Below are positions 56,902 to 64,000 of a DNA stretch of 64,000 nucleotides, one piece after another; the first letter of the stretch is position 1, and the number at the start of each line of letters is the position of its first letter. The notes under the pieces are model-generated. The model was not told the DNA's origin. It saw only the letters and a list, made by a program, of their open reading frames with translations, and ran no database searches. Both the position numbers and the translations under genes were made by a program. Source of the stretch: Cyanobacteria bacterium P01_F01_bin.150 (GTDB taxonomy: Bacteria; Cyanobacteriota; Cyanobacteriia; CAKZMO01); contig JBCCYL010000009.1 in the NCBI GenBank assembly GCA_039189765.1, forward strand, positions 54,984 through 118,983, in the 5' to 3' direction.

Positions 56902-57555
56902 ATGAATAATTTAATGCGCCATACCCTGTTCGTAGGCTTTGCAGCGGGAGCAATGATATCCCTGGGTGCGGGAAGAGCCGAGGCCGTCACGTTCGGCATT
57001 CAGCCCTCCTCACCGAACCTCACAGTTGGAGACAGTCTATCGGTCGATTTAACGGTTTCAGACCTGGGTGATTTATCAGCCCCGTCCGTGTCAGTTTTTG
57101 ATTTAGATATCGCGTTTGACAATAGTATTTTGAATTTCGACACGCTTACGTTCGGCAATGCTTTAGACCTTGGTATAGGGTTTAGCTTTCAGGGGGTCGA
57201 CGCTGTAAGTACACCCGGCACCGTTTCGTTATTCGAAGTTTCCTTTGCCTCTCCGTTGCTCGATAGTTTACAGCCCGGTTCTATTACCCTTGCTACTCTG
57301 ATGTTTGATGCAGTGGGTGTTGGAACGACCTCTATAAATCCCACCATGGTTTTGTTGGGTGATGCGATTGGTGGCCCATTGACCCCCAGTTCAGTTTCTG
57401 GTGCGTCTGCAACTGTTTTATCAGATGCGTCTGGTGTTGAGTCGGTTCCATTTCCAGGTTTCGCATTTCTCCCGTCCAGTCTGATCGCTATATTCGGGGG
57501 CCTAGGCCTGAAGCGAAAGGCATCTAAGCTAGAAATGAACCGTAGTAAAGCGTAA
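56902..57555 (+). CDS. Secreted cohesin-like domain protein with PEP-CTERM-like sorting tail
   Basis: Signal peptide (RAEA), VGDSLSVDL, FDLDIAFD, LATLMFDA; VPFP-TM-KRK tail. Confidence 0.75.
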   Translation: MNNLMRHTLFVGFAAGAMISLGAGRAEAVTFGIQPSSPNLTVGDSLSVDLTVSDLGDLSAPSVSVFDLDIAFDNSILNFDTLTFGNALDLGIGFSFQGVDAVSTPGTVSLFEVSFASPLLDSLQPGSITLATLMFDAVGVGTTSINPTMVLLGDAIGGPLTPSSVSGASATVLSDASGVESVPFPGFAFLPSSLIAIFGGLGLKRKASKLEMNRSKA

Positions 57556-57564
57556 AACCAAAAC

Positions 57565-57599
57565 TAAGTTGGCGGCGGGCTGAGCCCACCGCCAACTTA
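57565..57599. terminator. Bidirectional terminator hairpin
   Basis: taagttggcggcgggc-tga-gcccaccgccaactta. Confidence 0.7.
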
Positions 57600-57706
57600 A
57601 TCTAGAATCTTTTGCCTTGACAAATTCTTAGACCTTTATTGATGTAGAGTCACATTTCTCCTCGGACAAAGATATCCTGGAGCAAGTGTGGCCATAGTGA
57701 TGACGC

Positions 57707-58165
57707 TTATAGAGCGGCGACTCGAACCTCAACCATTGCCGTCACTTCGGCATGAAGCTTAACAGGAATCTTGTACACACCCAACTTGTTAATCTCAGGC
57801 ACAGTAATGTTGTGACGCTCAATATCCTTACCAGTGGATTCCTTGATAACGTCCGCAACTTCTTGGTTAGTAACCGTACCGAAAATTGCTTCGTTCTCAC
57901 CTTCTTGCTTCTTAATGGTGAGCTGCCCAATCGTTGCCAACGCAGTCTTCATTGCGTCTGCATCCAGCCTAATCTGACGAATCCGCTCCTCCTCTTCCTG
58001 CCGTCGTCGCTCAACCTGCTTGAGAATACCAGGCGTAGTCCGCACTGCCAATCCTTTGGGAAGCAGATAGTTAATGGCATATCCAGGCTTTACATCAACT
58101 AAATCGCCTTCTTTTCCGAGCTTGCGAACATCTTGTCGTAGGACGACCTGTACACCTTTTGCCAT
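57707..58165 (-). CDS. rplI: 50S ribosomal protein L9
   Basis: LGKEGDLVDVKPGYAINYLLPKGLA, IFGTVT, VKLHAEV. Confidence 0.97.
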   Translation of the reverse strand: MAKGVQVVLRQDVRKLGKEGDLVDVKPGYAINYLLPKGLAVRTTPGILKQVERRRQEEEERIRQIRLDADAMKTALATIGQLTIKKQEGENEAIFGTVTNQEVADVIKESTGKDIERHNITVPEINKLGVYKIPVKLHAEVTAMVEVRVAAL

Positions 58166-58347
58166 GAGCTTCTCAAATCTAAACTGTTGCTGACGTTTGT
58201 TCAATCCAATTTTGAAAATGCACGCAATCACTTAGATTTGGCCTATTCAGCGACCTGAAATGGGGCCTTACATCTTCCCCTCAGCCTTGACGCGTTTCCA
58301 AAGACTTCTATGATACTAACTGCCTTACCAAAATGCAAGGCTTATTT

Positions 58348-61086
58348 TCAATCTGTGCTCGTCCTGTTTCTTTGTATGTCTGATACCCTCAAAGGCAACT
58401 GAATCAAAAATTTCGTGATGTTATTGGCGTTAGAAATGCACTTTAGCTGACCGTTGTGGAGTTCTGTAATAATCTGATGGCTGATAGACATACCTAACCC
58501 CGTCCCTTTACCAGCAGGTTTGGTTGTGAAAAAAGGCTCAAAAATCCGCTCTTGAATATGAATTGGAATACTGGGGCCATTGTTGGCGATCTCTATTTGG
58601 ACAAGATCTTTATCTAGCTGATGATGTTGATTAAAACTGGCATTGTCAGAAATTAATGAGGTTTGAATAGTAATTTCCCTGGGATAAACCTGGTTATCAT
58701 CTACTGACTCAAGAGCATCAATGGCGTTTGACAAAATATTCATAAATACTTGATTGAGTTTACCAGGATGGCATGTAATTTTGGGTACTTCTGTATAGTT
58801 ACGTATGATATTGATCTGAGAAACACCTGCCTTTTTATTGAGCCGATGTTGGAGTATTTGCAGGGTGCTGTCAATTCCTTCATGAATATCCACCTCTTTA
58901 ACGTCCGCTTCATCCATCCGTGAAAAGTTTTGCAGTGACAGCACAATTTGACGAATACGCTCGGTGCCATTCTGCATTGACATTAATGTTTTAGGCAAAT
59001 CTTTTTGTAAAAACTCTAACTCTATGGACTCAAGCTCCTCCTCAATTGCCGAATCAGGGTTGGGATAGTGAGTCTGATAAAGCTGCAGAAGGCGAAATAA
59101 ATCTTGAGAATAATTTTTTACATACGCTATGTTGCCATGGACAAAATTGACAGGATTATTAATTTCATGGGCCACTCCAGCCACAAGCTGACCCAGTAAA
59201 GACATCTTTTCACTCTGAACTAACTGCATTTGAAGCTGCTGTAGTTCTTGAAGTGCCTTCTGGCGAGCTTCCACTTGTTGCCGAAGCTCTTTTTCCGAAG
59301 CTTTGAGTTGCTCGGTCTGCAATTGCGCTCGTACCGCATTTTGCTCAGCTTGGGCATATAGTTCGGCTTGCTGAATGGCAATGCCTAGTTGAATCGCTAA
59401 ACGATGGAGCAACTTACCCTCAAATTCAGCCCAAGAACGGGGCTTATCACACTGATGGATGATCAACAGTCCCCAGAGACGATCGCTCACCATAATGGGC
59501 ACGATTAGGTTGGCTTTTACCTGTAGTTTTTGCAAAAACTCTTGATGCTCCGGGGACAATCGCTCATTGGCAACGTTATCGATGGTCCGGATATGACCAT
59601 TTCTGTACCGTTCTAGACAGGTTTCAGGGAAACAATTGTCAGCAAATTGTCCTAATGTGGGTAGCCAAGGCTCTGCGACATCTTCCCACACCACTTTTCC
59701 TTGCCAATGGGCATCAAACTGATAAATTAGCGCACGGTCGGTGTTAAAAAATTTTCTCACCTCACACACTGCCGTTTGCAAGGTGTCTGACAAATTAAGC
59801 GATCGCCGAATCCGATTGGCAATTTGACTAAAGAGGGTTTCTTGGCTGGCTAAGGTGCGAGCATGGATCTCGGATTTTTGAAGTGACGCTTCAATCTGCT
59901 TTTGCTCTGAAATATCGCTAAAGGTGTAGATCGTTTGTGAAGCGTCTGATTTATCAGACGCCAGGGAAACCGCGTTGACCAATAGTGCCGTTTTGGCTTT
60001 TGCCTCGGCATCTAAATAAACAATGGCATTTTGCAGCGGTAAGTGAGATGCCGCCTGTCTCAATATCGGCCTGAGCGATCGCATCTGTTGCTCAAGGATT
60101 TTCCCCCCAGTATGTTTATCTGGTTGATTAGCCTGACATTGATCATTAGACTGCACAGCTCTTTGCCAGATGGTTTGTAGCTCTGCCTCGGTTGATAAGT
60201 TTAAAAGCTCTAAAACTGCTTGGTTAGAGACTTTTATCCGATGTTTCCCTTCTACAACCACCACACCAACTTGTACCCCTTGAAGAATAGATTGTAAATA
60301 CTCTTGGCTTTCTTGAATTGCTTTTGTGTAAAGAGCCTGGACCGATAAACGACGCTCATAAACGGCGGTGAGAACGGTCAAGCCTAAAAGGACAGCGCTA
60401 CCAATGGTAATCGCAACCGTTAGGGTCAAAGCATTATCCGCTGACTGTAACGTTTCGCTCTGATACTGAGCATCTAGGGGAATAAACTGAGCTGCCGCCA
60501 TTCCGGTGTAATGCATAATGGGAATTGCTGCGCCCATAATGCAGGCCGCCAGCATTTTTTGCCAAAGGATAGGAACCGCCTTTTCTCTCCGGAGCGCGAT
60601 CGCTAAATACAGTCCCACCCAGGCAACGGCGATCGCAATCAGGATAGAACTGGCGACAAGCTTGGGGCTGTAGCGAATTACGGCGTTTAAACGCATAGCC
60701 GCCATTCCCACGTAATGCATGGCAACAATCCCAGATGCCAGCAATAGGCTACTCACCGTTAAGCGTTTGATGCCTATCTCAGCCTTGCTTACACACCACA
60801 ACGATAATCCTGAGGCCAAGATCGCAGGTAAAACAGAAAGGAGGACAGCGTAAACGTCATAACGAACGGTCATTGGCATCTGAAGGGCCAACATGCCAAT
60901 AAAATGCATTGACCAGATGCCCGTACCCATGGTGATCGCACCGCTAAGGAGCCAGATTATACGGGGACGACCGCTAGTTATAGTGACCTGGTTAACTAAA
61001 TCTAAGGTTGTGTATGCGGCCAAACCTGCAATAGCGATGGAAAGGAGGATAAGGTAACCGTTATAGTCGCTGATAAGAGTGGTCAT
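58348..61086 (-). CDS. MHYT-PAS-GAF sensor histidine kinase
   Basis: MHFIGM/MHYVGM/MHYTGM; DRALIYQF, DNCF, LWGLLIIHQC; GVAHEINNP, FEPFFTTK, GTGLG. Confidence 0.9.
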   Translation of the reverse strand: MTTLISDYNGYLILLSIAIAGLAAYTTLDLVNQVTITSGRPRIIWLLSGAITMGTGIWSMHFIGMLALQMPMTVRYDVYAVLLSVLPAILASGLSLWCVSKAEIGIKRLTVSSLLLASGIVAMHYVGMAAMRLNAVIRYSPKLVASSILIAIAVAWVGLYLAIALRREKAVPILWQKMLAACIMGAAIPIMHYTGMAAAQFIPLDAQYQSETLQSADNALTLTVAITIGSAVLLGLTVLTAVYERRLSVQALYTKAIQESQEYLQSILQGVQVGVVVVEGKHRIKVSNQAVLELLNLSTEAELQTIWQRAVQSNDQCQANQPDKHTGGKILEQQMRSLRPILRQAASHLPLQNAIVYLDAEAKAKTALLVNAVSLASDKSDASQTIYTFSDISEQKQIEASLQKSEIHARTLASQETLFSQIANRIRRSLNLSDTLQTAVCEVRKFFNTDRALIYQFDAHWQGKVVWEDVAEPWLPTLGQFADNCFPETCLERYRNGHIRTIDNVANERLSPEHQEFLQKLQVKANLIVPIMVSDRLWGLLIIHQCDKPRSWAEFEGKLLHRLAIQLGIAIQQAELYAQAEQNAVRAQLQTEQLKASEKELRQQVEARQKALQELQQLQMQLVQSEKMSLLGQLVAGVAHEINNPVNFVHGNIAYVKNYSQDLFRLLQLYQTHYPNPDSAIEEELESIELEFLQKDLPKTLMSMQNGTERIRQIVLSLQNFSRMDEADVKEVDIHEGIDSTLQILQHRLNKKAGVSQINIIRNYTEVPKITCHPGKLNQVFMNILSNAIDALESVDDNQVYPREITIQTSLISDNASFNQHHQLDKDLVQIEIANNGPSIPIHIQERIFEPFFTTKPAGKGTGLGMSISHQIITELHNGQLKCISNANNITKFLIQLPLRVSDIQRNRTSTD

Positions 61087-61239
61087 AAAGAGAAAACCAT
61101 TATGAAGCTATTGGCCAAGGGAGTCTATTAAAAAGTAACGTAATTCAACGGAGCAAATTAGGTAGGTGTAGCTATGTTTTATGGTTCCCGTCCAAAAACG
61201 GAACTCTACTAATGTCAACCGAAGAACAAGGGAATTCTA

Positions 61240-62031
61240 ATGGTTCTACAGCGGCTCGTTCAGCCAGTCTTAAATGTCTTTTCTTCACCCAAGTGTGGAC
61301 TGTGCGATCGCCCCACTCACACGATTCTTTGCCACGACTGCCAGACTCAATTTTTATCCTGCCAGTCCACCAATCCTCAACAGTTTTGGCAACCACCCCT
61401 GCCAGTGTTCGCCTGGGGCCAATATACCGGGGTGCTAAAGCGGGGGATAGCGGCCCTAAAGTATGACAATCAGCCGGATATTGCCCAGCTTTTGGGGCAG
61501 TGGCTGGGAGAGGCTTGGCTACGGTCTAGGCTGGCGCAGTCATCAACTAAACCATCATCGGCCAGAACTTCAGCGACGGGTGGTCTTAATCACCACCGCC
61601 GGGTTCCACGCTCCCTACTGGTGATTCCAGCACCCGCCAACGAATCCAAGAAAAAGCGACGGGGCTACGATCAGGCTGAGCTAATTGCCAGGGCATTCTG
61701 CCGATATACTCGCTTACCACTGGGGCTACGACGGGTGTATCGAACGAAGGATACGCTACCCATGTATGGTCTATCGCGGCAGGACCGATATTTGAATGTG
61801 CAGGGCAAGTTTTGTCTTCATCCCCGGTTTGAACAACAGATTGCACGCCAAATTAAACGCCAGGGTAAGCATCGCCACAGGCAAGCTCCGGCCATTTTGC
61901 TGCTGGACGATATTCATACCAGTGGGGCAACGTTGGGAGCGATCGCCCAACTGCTCCGCCAGCACCAGCTATCGGTCTACGGCGCGGTAACGGTAGCCAA
62001 GGCTGGAGTCGGCCAGGACAAGCCGTCCTAA
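61240..62031 (+). CDS. comF: ComF family amidophosphoribosyltransferase-like competence protein
   Basis: CGLC..CHDC, ALKY, RGYDQAELIA, LLDDIHTSGATL. Confidence 0.85.
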   Translation: MVLQRLVQPVLNVFSSPKCGLCDRPTHTILCHDCQTQFLSCQSTNPQQFWQPPLPVFAWGQYTGVLKRGIAALKYDNQPDIAQLLGQWLGEAWLRSRLAQSSTKPSSARTSATGGLNHHRRVPRSLLVIPAPANESKKKRRGYDQAELIARAFCRYTRLPLGLRRVYRTKDTLPMYGLSRQDRYLNVQGKFCLHPRFEQQIARQIKRQGKHRHRQAPAILLLDDIHTSGATLGAIAQLLRQHQLSVYGAVTVAKAGVGQDKPS

Positions 62032-62345
62032 CCCATTGAGATATTGATAAACTACCCCAAATGGGCATCAACTTTAGGCGGGTTGGACACCCAGCCAACG
62101 CATTCACAGCATTTTGGCTCACTTTCTCATTATCGGTGAGCATAGTTATATTGAGTGGAGTGGACATCGTTCAACACCTCCAGCCCCAAGATTTAGGCAT
62201 CACCATCGATCTTCCCCTTGTCGCTGCTGTGATTGAAAAAGAATACGACCTAAATATCCGGAGAAAGTTGGATCGCGCGGCCAATAATACGAGAGAGACT
62301 ATCCCCGTGTAACCAATAAGGGTGATCGCTACCCACCTGCGTAAC

Positions 62346-62379
62346 GTGTTGGTAGATGGCGATCGCCATCTACCAACAC
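62346..62379. repeat. 34-bp perfect palindrome centred on HIP1
   Basis: gtgttggtagatggcga|tcgccatctaccaacac. Confidence 0.85.
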
Positions 62380-62500
62380 AACGATAGAAGAGGAGGGCGA
62401 TATAAGTTTGACCATGGGGATGAAATTGTCGCCAGGGGAACTCAGGCAGGGGAACCAGAATAAATGCCCCTCTCTAATTTGGCCACAGTACTGTGGCCTA

Positions 62501-62938
62501 CTAGTCAATTTCAGAAATTATCGCTGCCAGGGCAAAGTCTTGTTCTGTTAGTCCGCCAGCATCGTGGGTTGTGAGGGTAATCGTTACCGTGTTGTATGAA
62601 ATTGCAATATCCGGATGGTGTCTCGCCGCTTCCGCAGGGTCCACTAGTCGATTAACAAACGCGATCGCCTCCACAAAATCCCCAAACTGTCGCTGAGATT
62701 GAATCGCATTCCCCATCAACTCCCAGTCAGGAATATCCTGCATTTTTGATTGAATCGCTGAATCGCTGAGCTGTTGCGGCCCCTCATAGCCTTGACTCAG
62801 CTGCACCCCAGGTATTTGACCGATTATTGGGGTATTAACAACTGGAGCTGCTAGCCCCATCGTGTCAAAAAAAATAAAGCCCACACTAGAAATGAGGGTG
62901 AACCAAGATAAATGTTTCCAAAGAATATTGAGAGACAT
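62501..62938 (-). CDS. Pterin-4-alpha-carbinolamine dehydratase family protein with hydrophobic N-terminal extension
   Basis: FGDFVEAIAFVN, AEAARHHPDI, LTTHDAGGLTEQDF. Confidence 0.9.
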   Translation of the reverse strand: MSLNILWKHLSWFTLISSVGFIFFDTMGLAAPVVNTPIIGQIPGVQLSQGYEGPQQLSDSAIQSKMQDIPDWELMGNAIQSQRQFGDFVEAIAFVNRLVDPAEAARHHPDIAISYNTVTITLTTHDAGGLTEQDFALAAIISEID

Positions 62939-62989
62939 AGATAAGCCGAGAGACGTAAATAAGTGCAAATCCCTAACCTTATTTTCACT

Positions 62990-63877
62990 CTAAGACGTAA
63001 GCGCCAGCACTATGGGCAATGTGGCCAAACTTAACAAGGTCGAAAGCACAATTGTCCGCGCTAATCGCACCGTATCACCGCCAAACTCCGTTACCCAAAT
63101 CAGCGAATTGACCGCAACCGGCATCGCCGCCTGTAGGGTCAACACCTGTAATTCTAGTCCCTCCACCCCCACTAGCCGACCAATGGTATGTGCTAACATC
63201 GGCGACACAATCAGTCGCAGTCCCGCAGCAAAGGCTTCATAGCGGCCAAAAATAAACTGGGTGCGCGATAGCTGAACGCCCAAAGTAAGAAGGGCAATCG
63301 GGATTGCTCCATCCGCCATCAGCGTTGCCCCCCGGCCTATCGATGCAGGCAACTCGCCGCCAAATATTTGTATGGCCATTCCCGCCACTGCTGCCCAAAA
63401 GACCGGCAAGCTTAACGTCACCTTTAGCCCCGCCTTTAGTCCTTCTCCCTTAATCACAATGGGGAAAAACGTCGCAATCATCAAGCTCGACGCCACCAGA
63501 TACACGATCGCTCTCTCTAACCCCTCATCCCCCAACGCAAAAAACACAAACGGCAGGCCCATATTGCCCACGTTGGCAAATATGGTAGACGCCAGCAGGC
63601 TTTTACGCGTATCCTCCCTTAGATTTAGCAGCTTTCCCAATACCAACGCCAGCAGGTACAGCACCAGGGTGTTTAGATAGAAGGCGGTTACGAGGGCGAT
63701 CGCATTCCCCACCTCTAGGGTCATTTCCACCAGTCCCGTCAGCACCAGCGCTGGCAGCAGACCGTAAATCGAAATCCGCGACAGGGTTTTTAACTCCAGC
63801 TCAAACCTACGCCCAATGATTACCCCCACCATTGCCACTAAAGCAATGGGCAGTACCGCTGAAATCAAAATAGCCAT
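62990..63877 (-). CDS. AEC (auxin efflux carrier) family transporter
   Basis: NVGNMGLP, AIPIALLTLG, QAAMPVAV, LSTLLS; about 10 TMs. Confidence 0.9.
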   Translation of the reverse strand: MAILISAVLPIALVAMVGVIIGRRFELELKTLSRISIYGLLPALVLTGLVEMTLEVGNAIALVTAFYLNTLVLYLLALVLGKLLNLREDTRKSLLASTIFANVGNMGLPFVFFALGDEGLERAIVYLVASSLMIATFFPIVIKGEGLKAGLKVTLSLPVFWAAVAGMAIQIFGGELPASIGRGATLMADGAIPIALLTLGVQLSRTQFIFGRYEAFAAGLRLIVSPMLAHTIGRLVGVEGLELQVLTLQAAMPVAVNSLIWVTEFGGDTVRLARTIVLSTLLSLATLPIVLALTS

Positions 63878-64000
63878 ACAATGCTCTTTATTATGAGACC
63901 TATGCTTCTTTCGGCTTATCAAGCCGGAACCAATTTAATGGTGTTGTGGGGGGGGGGGGCCCCCCCCACCACCCCCCAAAAAAAAAAAAAAAAAAAAATA

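Noticed and set aside
62061..62312. 83-aa CDS after comF
   Set aside because: No recognisable motif and an ambiguous start; cannot be supported from sequence alone.
63978..64000. Poly-A tail or retroelement signature
   Set aside because: Most likely low-quality sequence at a contig end.

Overview
Chromosomal window from a cyanobacterium, probably a filamentous Leptolyngbya-like lineage. This is inferred from the abundant HIP1 octamer GCGATCGC, phycobiliprotein-fold genes, CHAT/TPS loci and heptamer repeats. Core genes are rpsB-tsf with its t44 leader, rplI and comF. Accessory loci include a split DUF488/DUF488/dual-OB module, a two-partner-secretion + CHAT/CHASE2 cluster, a multidomain G-type lysozyme, a V4R/globin/Ser-Thr-kinase (slr0144-type) operon and an MHYT-GAF histidine kinase. 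There is also a ~7 kb defence island (24.1-30.5 kb) of toxin-antitoxin cassettes and a type II R-M pair. Three observations stand out. (1) Two tandem class III adenylate cyclases have reciprocally lost catalytic residues, like the C1/C2 halves of the mammalian enzyme, which predicts an obligate heterodimer. (2) A phycocyanin-alpha-like domain retaining its bilin Cys is fused to a TA antitoxin and heads a coupled PIN-pseudogene/R-M operon. (3) Strand-biased HIP1-anchored repeat/spacer arrays with shared spacers separate each defence cassette. All family calls are by eye from motifs; no searches were run.
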